This document shows positions 10,068 through 19,045 of a stretch of 64,000 nt of DNA, piece after piece. The first letter of the stretch is position 1. Each line of letters starts with the position of its first letter. Source of the DNA: Acidimicrobiales bacterium (GTDB taxonomy: Bacteria; Actinomycetota; Acidimicrobiia; Spongiisociales; ZC4RG35); the NCBI GenBank assembly GCA_024103415.1, contig JAGFIR010000015.1, positions 9,261-73,260 on the forward strand, in the 5' to 3' direction. The notes under the pieces were generated by a model. The model was not told the DNA's origin, searched no databases, and saw only the letters and a list, made by a program, of their open reading frames with translations. Both the position numbers and the translations under genes were made by a program.

Positions 10068-10923
10068 CCGCGCCGGCGAGCAGACCGCTGGCGAAGTAGC
10101 GCTGCAACAGCAGGAACACCGTCACGGGCAGGGCCATCTGGACGAAGGCCGCTGCCGTGAGGAAGTGCCACTCACCACCCAGCGAGTTGACCAGGCCGGC
10201 GAGGGTGATCGTCATCGGGTGGTTGGGGATGTTGGGCCCGAGGAAGATCAGGGCCACCAGGAGGTCGTTCCAGACCCAGAGGAACTGGAAGATCGCCAGC
10301 GATGCCAGGGCCGGGACGCTCATCGGAAGCGCCAGCCGGAAGAACGCGGTCATCTCGCTGGCGCCGTCGATCGCCGCCGACTCGAACACCGCCGAAGGCA
10401 GCGATCCCATGTAGTTGCGCAACAGGAACAACGCGAACGGCAGACCGAAACCGGTGTGCGCCAGCCACACCGCCAGGAAGCTCCCGGCGATCCCGGCGTC
10501 GCGGAACAGGATTTGCAGCGGGACGAAGGTCATCTGCAGCGGGACGACCAGCAGGCCGACCACGATGACGAACAGGACGTTCCGGAACGGGAACTTCATC
10601 CACGCGAAGGCGTAGGCGGCGAAGGACGCAACGGCGATCGGGATGATCGTCCCCGGGATGGTGATGATCAGGCTGTTGATGAACGCATCGCCCATTCCCT
10701 GTCGGGTGAGCACGTGGCGGTAGCTCTCCAGGGTGAAGTCGTACGGAGGGGCCAAGGCGTTCCACCATCCGTCGAAGCGCACCGCGGTTTCGGTGCGGAA
10801 CGAGTTGATGAGCGTCCCGATCGTCGGGACGAGCCACATGATGAGGATGATGGCGATGACGAGGTGGAGGGCCCACCTGCCGATCCGGAAGCCTCGTTTC
10901 GCGCCCACGACTTCGGTGGTCAT
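10057..10923 (-). CDS. Sugar ABC transporter permease (MalG/AglG-like)
   Basis: 288 aa starting MTTEVVGAKRGFRIGRW. EAA-loop permease. ATGA overlap with the upstream permease stop. The six-frame ORF to 11832 is an artefactual extension. Confidence 0.85.
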   Translation of the reverse strand: MTTEVVGAKRGFRIGRWALHLVIAIILIMWLVPTIGTLINSFRTETAVRFDGWWNALAPPYDFTLESYRHVLTRQGMGDAFINSLIITIPGTIIPIAVASFAAYAFAWMKFPFRNVLFVIVVGLLVVPLQMTFVPLQILFRDAGIAGSFLAVWLAHTGFGLPFALFLLRNYMGSLPSAVFESAAIDGASEMTAFFRLALPMSVPALASLAIFQFLWVWNDLLVALIFLGPNIPNHPMTITLAGLVNSLGGEWHFLTAAAFVQMALPVTVFLLLQRYFASGLLAGAVKG

Positions 10924-12320
10924 CGCACCTCCTCCTGACGCCGGAACTGGCGGATGTTGTACGCCATGACCGGCACGATCGCCGCCAGCAGCACCACCGC
11001 CACCGCGCTGGCCCGCCCGTACTGGTTGAACGAGAACTGGCTCCACATCTCCAGGGCGATCACGTTGGTGTCGTAGTTGCCGTTGGTCATGGCGTAGACG
11101 ATGTCGAACGTCTTCAGGGCGAAGATGAGCATCGTCGTGGTGACCACGGCGATCGTGGGTGCCAGCAGCGGGAGCTGGATGCGGCGGAACACCTGCCACT
11201 CGGTGGCCCCGTCCACCCGCGCCGCTTCGAGCAGCTCGCGGTCGATCGATTTGATGCCCGCCGAGAGGATCACCATGCAGAAGCCGACCCAGACCCAGCA
11301 CGCCACCATGATCAGGGCGAAGTTGTTGATGCTGCGGGTCGAGATGAAGTCGACGGGCTCGCCGCCGAGGGCGACGATGATGGCGTTCAGCGTGCCGGTC
11401 TGATTGGCGTTCGGCGGGTTCCAGACGTACATGAACCGCCACACGACCGAGGCGGCCACGAAGGAGATCGCCATGGGCACGAACACGACCGTCTTGGCGA
11501 AGTTCTCGTAGCGGACACGGTCGAAGAGCGTGGCCACGATGAGGCCGACGACCACCGAGATGCCCGTGAAGAAGACCAGCCAGAGGACGTTGTTGCGCAG
11601 GGCGATCAAGGTGTTCGGGCTGTTGAAGAACCACTCGTAGTTCTCGAGACCGACGAAGGTGTCGCCGGCCCGGTCGTAGAGGCTGCGGCGAATGGTCCCG
11701 TAGGTCGGGTAGACGAGGAACGTGTAGAGGAAGAAGAGGCCGGGGGCGAGCCAGAGCCAGGGCCGGACCCGTCGCTGCCAGACCTCGGTGAGGTGACGCA
11801 GCATGTGCTCCACCATCACCACATAGCCCCACAGCACCAGGGGCACTCCGAGGATGGCGATGACCATCATCGCCACCTGACGCCCGACCCGGTCCCGCCC
11901 GAAGACGGCGGTGAACACGGCGCCCAGGGCGTCGAGGAGGAGCGGGAGCACGAAGATCGTCGCCAGGACGGCGAGCAGGATCAGCAACGGCGCGGGAAGC
12001 GGCGCCTCAGGGTCCCGCCGGACCCAGCGCGGGATGGCGATGGCGTCGAGGATCAACTGCGCCACGACCAGTGCCACCGCCACGGTCCAGATGGGTGCGA
12101 AGTCGGCCTCCACCCGCTCCCGGAATGCGAAGCGGGCGAGAGCCAGGAGGACGAAGGTGACCACATAGAGGATGCCCGCGGTCGTGTGGCCGAGGTACCA
12201 GCGGTGGGCCCCCACGGGGAAGCCGATCATCGCCAGGTACGCGGTGCCGACGCTCCGCTCCTCCCGGTCCGGCTGGTCGCCGGTGTCGGGGGGCATCGCT
12301 TCCATCGTCTGCTCGGTCAT
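10920..12320 (-). CDS. Sugar ABC transporter permease (MalF/AglF-like) with N-terminal extension
   Basis: 466 aa, multi-pass membrane protein. EAA motif region IDRELLEAARVDGATEWQVFRRIQLPL. Confidence 0.85.
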   Translation of the reverse strand: MTEQTMEAMPPDTGDQPDREERSVGTAYLAMIGFPVGAHRWYLGHTTAGILYVVTFVLLALARFAFRERVEADFAPIWTVAVALVVAQLILDAIAIPRWVRRDPEAPLPAPLLILLAVLATIFVLPLLLDALGAVFTAVFGRDRVGRQVAMMVIAILGVPLVLWGYVVMVEHMLRHLTEVWQRRVRPWLWLAPGLFFLYTFLVYPTYGTIRRSLYDRAGDTFVGLENYEWFFNSPNTLIALRNNVLWLVFFTGISVVVGLIVATLFDRVRYENFAKTVVFVPMAISFVAASVVWRFMYVWNPPNANQTGTLNAIIVALGGEPVDFISTRSINNFALIMVACWVWVGFCMVILSAGIKSIDRELLEAARVDGATEWQVFRRIQLPLLAPTIAVVTTTMLIFALKTFDIVYAMTNGNYDTNVIALEMWSQFSFNQYGRASAVAVVLLAAIVPVMAYNIRQFRRQEEVR

Positions 12321-12339
12321 CTCCTCCTCACGATGACAG

Positions 12340-12367
12340 GGGGGCGGTGGCCGAAGCCACCGCCCCC
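12340..12367. promoter_or_regulatory. Intra-operon stem-loop (GGGGGCGGTGGC-CGAA-GCCACCGCCCCC) between the SBP and MalF-like genes
   Basis: Perfect 12-bp GC-rich inverted repeat with a 4-nt loop in the 54-bp SBP-permease intergenic gap. Confidence 0.6.
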
Positions 12368-12374
12368 GATTGGT

Positions 12375-13751
12375 TCATCCGCCGTATGCGTCGGCCTGGA
12401 CCTGGTCGAGATTGGCCAGGATCGAGTCCAACTGGCCCGGGTTCTGGGTGTAGTCCAGGACCGCCTGCCAGAAGGCCGCATTCATCGCCTCGGGCATGAG
12501 GTCAGAGGCGTCGAAGCGGAAGACCTCGGCCCGGGCGAGGGCCTCGGCGCTCTTCTGCGAGATCGGGTCCGGGTACTCGGTGACCTGGTTGTTGCCGGAG
12601 ATGGCACCACCACGGTCGACCCAGATCTGCTGGGCTTCGGGGCTCACCAGCCACTGCATCAACGCACGGGCCTGCGGCGTGTCGTTGAACATGCCGAACA
12701 GGTCGCCGGCGCCCGTCAAGGCACCCTGGAAGTCGGGGTTGATGGTGGGCATGACGAAGAAGTCGAAGTCCTCACCGGGCTGCGGGCTCTGCGGGTAGTT
12801 CGGGAAGAACTCGCCCGCCATGAAGCTCGCCTGATGGTGGAACAGACATCCGGGCGGGTCCGTGAACAGGGGCTGACCGGCGTCACCGAAGTTGGTGGCG
12901 ATGGCGTACTGCGAGCCGCCGTACGAGTTGGCGACCGCCTCGCCGTAGGCCTCGAAGGCCGCACGGATCTCAGGCGACGTCCACGGATGCTGACCCTGGT
13001 ACCAGGCGTCGTACACCTCGGGACCGGACTGACGGATCACGAAGTCCTCGATCCAGTCGGTGCCGGGCCAACCGGAGGCAGCACCCGACTCCAGACCGAT
13101 GCACCAGCCGGCCTCGGCGCCCTCGTGGGCGGTGGCCGCCGCCACGACGTCGTCCCAGGAGTCCAGGTCGCCGCCGGTCCAGACGTTCGGGTTGTACCAG
13201 ATGAGGCCCTTGACGGCCGCCTTGATGAACACACCGACGAGCTGGCCGTCGACCGTGCCCAACTCGACGAATCCCGGCGAGGTCTGCTCGACGTACGTGT
13301 CGTAGTCGATGACCGTGCTCAGGTCGACGAGGGCGCCCAACTGGGCCCACTCGGCCATCTGGCCGGGACCGGGGAGACCGGCGAGATCCGGCAGGATCCC
13401 GGACTGCACACCGGCGCTGAGGACGGTGTTGATGTCACGGGTGCCGGTGTACTGGACCTCGACGCCGGTGGCCTCTTCGAACGGGGCGACCATGGCGCGG
13501 AAGGCTTCTTCCTCGGCACCACCCCAGGTTCCGTACACGGTGACCTCGCCACCGAGTTCTTCACCACCTCCGGGTGCCGTGGTGTCGGTCCCACCAGGCT
13601 CCGTGGTCCCCGATTGGCCGGACGTCGTAGTCACGCCACCAGCGGTGGTGGTGGTGCCACCGTCGCCGCCACAGGCCGCGACGACGAGCACGAGCACCGA
13701 GGTGAGCGCAACGAATCGCCAGAACCGCCGGAGACTCTTGCTTACGTTCAT
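12375..13751 (-). CDS. Extracellular solute-binding lipoprotein (family 1), alpha-glucoside/maltose/trehalose type
   Basis: Starts MNVSKSLRRFWRFVALTSVLVLVVAACGG (signal peptide plus lipobox) and has a Thr/Gly-rich linker. SBP_bac_1-like body. First gene of a minus-strand operon with the two permeases. Confidence 0.85.
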   Translation of the reverse strand: MNVSKSLRRFWRFVALTSVLVLVVAACGGDGGTTTTAGGVTTTSGQSGTTEPGGTDTTAPGGGEELGGEVTVYGTWGGAEEEAFRAMVAPFEEATGVEVQYTGTRDINTVLSAGVQSGILPDLAGLPGPGQMAEWAQLGALVDLSTVIDYDTYVEQTSPGFVELGTVDGQLVGVFIKAAVKGLIWYNPNVWTGGDLDSWDDVVAAATAHEGAEAGWCIGLESGAASGWPGTDWIEDFVIRQSGPEVYDAWYQGQHPWTSPEIRAAFEAYGEAVANSYGGSQYAIATNFGDAGQPLFTDPPGCLFHHQASFMAGEFFPNYPQSPQPGEDFDFFVMPTINPDFQGALTGAGDLFGMFNDTPQARALMQWLVSPEAQQIWVDRGGAISGNNQVTEYPDPISQKSAEALARAEVFRFDASDLMPEAMNAAFWQAVLDYTQNPGQLDSILANLDQVQADAYGG

Positions 13752-13848
13752 TCCATCTCCTTGGGTTGCATTCGTCTCGGGTGGGCAGATGAGCCCGACC
13801 CGGCGATAAAACCTAATCGTCTCGCGCGCGGCCATGCACGGATAACCG

Positions 13849-15054
13849 TCACTCGAGCGGGAAGCCGGGGAACCCGGCGGCCTTCCAGGCCTCGAACGCC
13901 TCGTCGTTGGTGACGTCGGCGCCACGCTCCGCGGCCATCTCCAGACGGAAGTTGAGGAGGTCGCAGTAGCCCTGGATCGGGTCGGTCCCCGGGCACTCGC
14001 GGTCCACCCGCTCCAGCGTGGGCTCGAACCATTCCGTCAGCCACTCGACAACGGCGACTCTCCGCTCCCGGTCGGTGACCGCGCCCTTCCGTGCCAGGTA
14101 CCAGTGGACGTCGCCGAGGATGACCCGCGCCTGGTTCTCGGAGGCGCGGATCCCCGTGAGCTCGGCGAGACGATCGATGTGGAACGTCCGCCCGCCGACA
14201 ACCGTGCGGATCTCGACGAGGTTGCCGTCGGGACCGGGCTCGATGACCACGTCGTCGACGTCGAATCCCAGATCGTTGAGCTGTTGGAGACGCTCCCGGA
14301 TCCGATAGCTCTCCCCCCTCGGGATGATCGGGGCCTCCTCGAGGACCGCCCACAACTCCCGGTACCGGCCAACGATGTCGGCGCCGAGTTCGAGATCGGC
14401 AGAGTCCAGGTCGCCTCCACCGGCGACGGCCAGGTCGGACATGTCGCCGGCCACGTTCTCGATCATGATCTCGAGGTCGTGCTCGCGCTGCCCGGGGGTC
14501 AAGGAGTCGTAGATGTGCGAGGTCTCGGCGTCGATCATGACCGCCTCGATCGCCCCCGCATCGAACCGGTAGAGCAGGTTGGACAGCGAGCAGTCGCCCC
14601 AGAAGCAGCCGGCGAGATGAATCTCCACGAGGAGCCCGGCCACGGCGTCGATCACCTGGTTGCGACGGGGGCCGAAGCCGAGCCCACCGACCAGGTTGCG
14701 GACCGGGAAGGCGTGAGGGACGAAGCGCGTGATCACGGCCGCGGACTGCTCCTCCCCCGGGTCGAGCCAGGGGCGGGTCACCAGGGCCGCCGGCCGGGCC
14801 GACCTCGTCGTCCGGTGCTGGAGACGGTCGAGGACGGCGAACTCGTTCTCGGCCAGATGCTTCGGCATCTCCTTGATGGCGAACACACCCTCCTCGTAGG
14901 CCACGAACACGACCGGGTGGCGATGGATGCCGGTGGGCATGTCTACGAGACGGTGGTGGTCCCACTCCGAGACGCCCACCTCCCATGGCAGGTCGAGAAA
15001 GTCGGGCACACCGGGCTGGATGAGGAGCCGCGGCGGTGTGCTCGAGGTGGCCAT
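13849..15054 (-). CDS. DUF4032-like protein with atypical kinase-like core (Kdo/RIO-like HLAGCFWGDCSLSNLL motif)
   Basis: 401 aa. Begins 11 nt after the sensor kinase stop on the same strand. The motif resembles the catalytic loop of small atypical kinases. No signal peptide or transmembrane segment. Confidence 0.55.
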   Translation of the reverse strand: MATSSTPPRLLIQPGVPDFLDLPWEVGVSEWDHHRLVDMPTGIHRHPVVFVAYEEGVFAIKEMPKHLAENEFAVLDRLQHRTTRSARPAALVTRPWLDPGEEQSAAVITRFVPHAFPVRNLVGGLGFGPRRNQVIDAVAGLLVEIHLAGCFWGDCSLSNLLYRFDAGAIEAVMIDAETSHIYDSLTPGQREHDLEIMIENVAGDMSDLAVAGGGDLDSADLELGADIVGRYRELWAVLEEAPIIPRGESYRIRERLQQLNDLGFDVDDVVIEPGPDGNLVEIRTVVGGRTFHIDRLAELTGIRASENQARVILGDVHWYLARKGAVTDRERRVAVVEWLTEWFEPTLERVDRECPGTDPIQGYCDLLNFRLEMAAERGADVTNDEAFEAWKAAGFPGFPLE

Positions 15055-15064
15055 CGCGCCGAGA

Positions 15065-16216
15065 CTACGAGACGGACGCCTCCAGAGGTGACGTGCGCGG
15101 GGGTGAGCCGGGGTGCTCCACGAGGGGGATCCACACCACCATCACCGTCCCCCCGCCGGGATTGGGGAACGAGCCAACGGTGCCTCCATGCCCCTCGGCG
15201 ATGCCGAAGACGATGGAGAGCCCGAGCCCGATGATCTGGGAGATGTCGTCGCTGAGGCCCGGCCCCTGGTCGGCGACCGCCAGCCAGGCCCAGTTGCCGG
15301 TTCGCCCGCAGGCGAGAGTGATGGTGGATCCCGCCGGCGCCACCTTGCGGGCGTTGTCGAGGAGGTTGGTCATCGCCCGGTCGAGCGACATCTCGACGCC
15401 CTCCACGGTGACGCTCTCCGACACCACCGCGAGACGAAGGCCCGCGTCCTCGGCGACCGGTCCGTACTCGTCCGCCTTGGCGAGGACGAGGTCCTCGAGG
15501 TCGAGGGTGACCGCCTGCGCCTTCCCGGCCTGGAGACGGGCCGCGGCGAGCAGGTCGTCGATCATCCGTGACATCTTCTCGGCATTGCGTTGGATGATCT
15601 CGCCCGCCCGCCTCCAATCGTCGACGGTGGCCCCGGGGTCCTCCGTGACCAACTCGACGTTGGATCGGATGACGGTGAGCGGGGTGCGGAGATCGTGGCT
15701 GGTGTCGGCCAGGAACCGGCGCTGGCTGCTGAAGGCGCGGTCGAGACGATCGAGCATCCGGTCGAAGGTGTCGGCGAGCCTCTTCAGTTCGTCGTCGGGC
15801 CCGGTGAGGGCGATCCGCCCGCTGAGGTCGAACGCCTGGATCCGGCTCGCCAGCCTGGTGATCTCGTCGATGGGTCGCAACACCCGTCCCGACATGATCC
15901 AGCCCACCGCCAGGCTGAGGAAGAAGAGGGCGACCAATGCGATCACCGAGTAGCGGCCGACCTCGGAGAGCACCGTGTCACGGAACATCGTCTCCACTGC
16001 CCGGATCTCGAGCTCGCTCATCTCCGGGATCGTCACCAGCTCGCCGGTGTCGAGCACGATGGTCCGGCCGGAGATGGAGTCGGCGGGAGCCGGGGACACG
16101 CTGAGCTGGCTGAGCACTGCCAGATAGATGAGGCCGATCAACGCACCACCGAGCCCGAACACGATCGCCGAGTACTGGACCGAGATGCGGAAGCGGACCG
16201 ACCGCAGGCTGTTCAT
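15065..16216 (-). CDS. Sensor histidine kinase (2 TM, HAMP, HisKA, HATPase_c)
   Basis: 383 aa. H-box SHDLRTPLT; N/G boxes at the C-terminus (DQGPGL..., GLGLSIV). ATGA overlap with the response regulator. Confidence 0.85.
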   Translation of the reverse strand: MNSLRSVRFRISVQYSAIVFGLGGALIGLIYLAVLSQLSVSPAPADSISGRTIVLDTGELVTIPEMSELEIRAVETMFRDTVLSEVGRYSVIALVALFFLSLAVGWIMSGRVLRPIDEITRLASRIQAFDLSGRIALTGPDDELKRLADTFDRMLDRLDRAFSSQRRFLADTSHDLRTPLTVIRSNVELVTEDPGATVDDWRRAGEIIQRNAEKMSRMIDDLLAAARLQAGKAQAVTLDLEDLVLAKADEYGPVAEDAGLRLAVVSESVTVEGVEMSLDRAMTNLLDNARKVAPAGSTITLACGRTGNWAWLAVADQGPGLSDDISQIIGLGLSIVFGIAEGHGGTVGSFPNPGGGTVMVVWIPLVEHPGSPPRTSPLEASVS

Positions 16217-16890
16217 CGATCCTCGAGCCGGTAGCCGCGCCCGGGAATGGTCGAGATGGGCGACGGCTCACCCAGCTTCTTGCGGAGGTTGCTGACCGTG
16301 ACCCGCACCACGTTCGTCATCGGGTCGACCATCTCGTCCCAAACGTGCTCGAGGAGATGCTCCTGGCTGAGCACCTTGCCGGCGTTGATCATGAAGTAGT
16401 GGAGGAGCGCGAACTCCTTGGACGTGAGATCCAGCGCCAGACCGTCCCGCGTCGCCTCGAAACGGGCGGGGTCGAGCGTCAGTGACCCGACTCTCAACCG
16501 GGGAGGCGTGTCGGCGTCGCGCCGGATCAATGCCCTGACACGGGCGGACAACTCGGCGAGGGCGAACGGCTTGACCACGTAGTCGTCGGCCCCGGAGTCG
16601 AGACCGGCCACGCGGTCCTCGATCCCGTCCCGGGCGGTGAGCATCAGCACCCGCGGCCGCTCGCCGTCGAGGGTGGGGAGACTGCCGTCGACGAGTGCCC
16701 GACACAGCGCCAGTCCGGATCCGTCGGGAAGGTTCCAGTCGAGGATGACCAGGTCGTAGGCGGCGGACCGCAGCTTGAGCTCCGCGTCGGCGACCGTCTC
16801 CGCCACGTCCACCGCATGACCGTCCCTCCGCATCCCGCGCGCGACGACATCGGCGAGGTCGGGCTCGTCTTCCACAACCAGCAGTCGCAT
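16213..16890 (-). CDS. OmpR/PhoB-family response regulator
   Basis: 225 aa. Receiver domain with D..DLVILD, and a winged-helix output domain (VWD...RVTVSNLRKKL). Confidence 0.9.
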   Translation of the reverse strand: MRLLVVEDEPDLADVVARGMRRDGHAVDVAETVADAELKLRSAAYDLVILDWNLPDGSGLALCRALVDGSLPTLDGERPRVLMLTARDGIEDRVAGLDSGADDYVVKPFALAELSARVRALIRRDADTPPRLRVGSLTLDPARFEATRDGLALDLTSKEFALLHYFMINAGKVLSQEHLLEHVWDEMVDPMTNVVRVTVSNLRKKLGEPSPISTIPGRGYRLEDR

Positions 16891-16974
16891 TGCCCCGATT
16901 CAAGTCACCGGACGGCCTCCGAACGAGAAGCCGGGCCGATTTCCGTCGATCGCGCTCAATAGAGGTGCAACCTG

Positions 16975-17187
16975 TTGCCGATAACTGAAGTCCAAGTACC
17001 GGACAGAGAAATGATCGTCACATTCATCACGCAGGACGAGAACGGATTCCACACCTACACCGGGCACGTGGTGAGCCGGGGACCCACGACCATCGTCATG
17101 CTCCTCACGGAGCCGTTCAACCAGGCCGGTCGGTCCGTCCAATTCCCCATCACCTCGGTCGTCGAGGAAAAGGTCATCTCCGCCTGA
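16975..17187 (+). CDS. Small hypothetical protein (70 aa), probably beta-rich
   Basis: High GC3 codon usage. Divergent from the two-component operon. No recognisable family. Confidence 0.45.
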   Translation: MPITEVQVPDREMIVTFITQDENGFHTYTGHVVSRGPTTIVMLLTEPFNQAGRSVQFPITSVVEEKVISA

Positions 17188-17226
17188 TCCGCACGCGTTC
17201 CCGGCTCGCCGGATACGCTCTTCACG

Positions 17227-17493
17227 ATGTTCATCGAAGCTTCGGTGCTCCAGGCCTTGATCACGGTGGGGATCGTCGGTGGCATCGCCGGTCTCCTGGG
17301 TGGGTTCGTGGCCTCGGCAGACAGCCTGATCGGGACCACCCTGGTGGGCGTGATCGGAGGTATCGCCCTGTCGGTCATCATCCGCATCGCCGGCGGTCCC
17401 TCGATCTATGCCGTGGGTGATGACTTCTCGCTCGTGTGGGCGGCCGTCGGCGGGCTCGTCATGGGCTTCGTCGTGGGCCGGTCCAACGTCTAG
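17227..17493 (+). CDS. GlsB/YeaQ/YmgE-family small membrane protein (transglycosylase-associated)
   Basis: 88 aa. Glycine-zipper transmembrane helices (GIVGGIAGLLGG..., GVIGGIALSVII) typical of this family. Confidence 0.65.
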   Translation: MFIEASVLQALITVGIVGGIAGLLGGFVASADSLIGTTLVGVIGGIALSVIIRIAGGPSIYAVGDDFSLVWAAVGGLVMGFVVGRSNV

Positions 17494-18220
17494 ACGTCTC
17501 CTGGCCGTCCTGCTCCTGCTGGCGGGTTGCTCGTCCGCATCCGACCCGTCCACCACGTCATCGATCCCGACCCCGACGACCGTCAGCACGGTTCCTGCAA
17601 CGACCGCAGTCACCATGGTCGGGACCACCGTGCCGCAGACCACCACGACCACCCTTCCCGTGTATCGCTACACGATCGGCCCGGTCGACGAGGCGGAGTT
17701 GGCGCATTCCTGGCACGAAGGCTGCCCCGTGGTGGTGGAGGACCTGCGACGGATCGACCTGGTCCACCACGACTTCGAAGGCGGGGTGCGGAGTGGCGCC
17801 CTCGTGGTCCACGAACGGCACGCAGAGGACATCGCCCTGGTCTTCGGGCGGCTCTTCGACGCCGGCTTCCCGATCGTCTCGGTCATCCCGATCGGCGATC
17901 TGCCCGAGGGAGCAGAGGACGAGCCGGGCTACGAGAACACGTCGGCGTTCCACTGCCGGTTCGTCGAAGGCACCAGGAGATGGTCCGAGCATGCATTCGG
18001 AGCCGCGATCGACATCAACGTCCACCTCAACCCCTACCGACGGGGCAGCTATCTGTGGCCCGAGGGCTCGGGGCGCTACCTGGACCGCACTCTGGGCGAG
18101 CCGGGGATGATCGTCGAGGGCGATGCCGTGGTCGCGGCGTTCGACGACATCGGCTGGGGGTGGGGCGGGCGCTGGGGCTCGTCCAAGGACTATCAGCATT
18201 TCTCTGCGTCCGGACGCTGA
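17420..18220 (+). CDS. Peptidase M15 (VanY/D-Ala-D-Ala carboxypeptidase-like) family lipoprotein
   Basis: Lipobox LLLAGCSS and a Thr/Pro-rich linker. Zn-binding motifs EHAFGAAIDINV and DYQHFS. Start uncertain: ATG at 17420 overlaps the preceding gene and no closer start is evident. Confidence 0.6.
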   Translation: MTSRSCGRPSAGSSWASSWAGPTSRRLLAVLLLLAGCSSASDPSTTSSIPTPTTVSTVPATTAVTMVGTTVPQTTTTTLPVYRYTIGPVDEAELAHSWHEGCPVVVEDLRRIDLVHHDFEGGVRSGALVVHERHAEDIALVFGRLFDAGFPIVSVIPIGDLPEGAEDEPGYENTSAFHCRFVEGTRRWSEHAFGAAIDINVHLNPYRRGSYLWPEGSGRYLDRTLGEPGMIVEGDAVVAAFDDIGWGWGGRWGSSKDYQHFSASGR

Positions 18221-18239
18221 CCGTCGTTACGGTTGGGCC

Positions 18240-19025
18240 ATGGACCGCCAGGAAGTCGCACGCGAGATCATCGCCCAGGACTGGCTGCCCCGTTATACGG
18301 GCATGCCGGTCGAGGAGTTCGGCGACTACATCCTCCTGACCAACTTCAAGAACTACGTGGACGCCTTCGCCGAGAGGTTCGATTGCGAGATCAAGGGCCT
18401 GGATCGCCCGATGCAGGCTGCGAGCAATGGCGAGGGGCTCACCATCATCAACTTCGGGATCGGCACGGCCAACGCCGCCACGATCATGGACTTGCTGGTG
18501 GCGCGGATGCCCAAGGGCGTCCTCTTCCTCGGCAAGTGCGGCGGGCTGAAGGCCTCCACCGAGATCGGTCATTTCATCCTTCCGATCGCCGCCATCCGGG
18601 GCGAGGGCACCTCGAACGACTACTTCCCGCCGGAGGTGCCGGCGCTCCCCTCGTTCAAGCTCCACAAGTTCGTCTCGGAGAAGATCGTCGACCGGGGCCT
18701 GGAGTACCGGACGGGGGTCGTCTACACGACGAACCGACGTCTCTGGGAGCATGACGAGGAGTTCAAGGAACGGCTGCGCCGACTGACGGCGATCGCCATC
18801 GACATGGAGACAGCCACCCTTTTCATCGTCGGCCACCACAACCAGATCCCGCGCGGGGCGTTGCTACTGGTGTCGGACCGCCCGATGACGCCCGAAGGGA
18901 TCAAGACGATGGAGAGCGACACCCAGGTCACCGCCGACTGGGCCGACGTTCATCTCGAGATCGGCATCGACGCCATGACCGACATCGGGCGCGACGGCGA
19001 GACCATCAAGCACTTCACGTTCTAG
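18240..19025 (+). CDS. PNP_UDP_1 phosphorylase-superfamily protein (AMP nucleosidase catalytic-domain-like)
   Basis: 261 aa from MDRQEVAREIIAQDWLPRYTG... Nucleoside phosphorylase fold motifs (IGTANAATIMDLL, AIDMETATL). Confidence 0.65.
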   Translation: MDRQEVAREIIAQDWLPRYTGMPVEEFGDYILLTNFKNYVDAFAERFDCEIKGLDRPMQAASNGEGLTIINFGIGTANAATIMDLLVARMPKGVLFLGKCGGLKASTEIGHFILPIAAIRGEGTSNDYFPPEVPALPSFKLHKFVSEKIVDRGLEYRTGVVYTTNRRLWEHDEEFKERLRRLTAIAIDMETATLFIVGHHNQIPRGALLLVSDRPMTPEGIKTMESDTQVTADWADVHLEIGIDAMTDIGRDGETIKHFTF

Positions 19026-19045
19026 GCGGCTCCGGAGGAGCCGCC
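19025..19045. terminator. Stem-loop GGCGGCTCC-GGA-GGAGCCGCC overlapping the stop codon of the phosphorylase gene
   Basis: Perfect 9-bp GC-rich inverted repeat directly at the gene end, convergent with sufB. Confidence 0.6.

Noticed and set aside
10057-11832. 591-aa minus-strand ORF fusing the MalG-like permease to upstream sequence
   Set aside because: The upstream 300 aa are Arg/Pro/Gly-rich and overlap the MalF-like gene in another frame. The real MalG-like start is MTTEVV at 10923, with an ATGA overlap.
11793-13913. Long antisense ORFs in GC-rich DNA, for example 11793-13913, 19088-20737, 8109-9761, 13748-14986, 27807-29348, 5169-6440, 6475-7908, 31737-33089, 33356-34831, 37939-38997 and 16900-17652
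   Set aside because: They lie opposite strongly supported genes, have Arg/Gly/Pro/His-dominated low-complexity translations, and show no family signatures. These are typical high-GC stop-codon-poor shadow frames.
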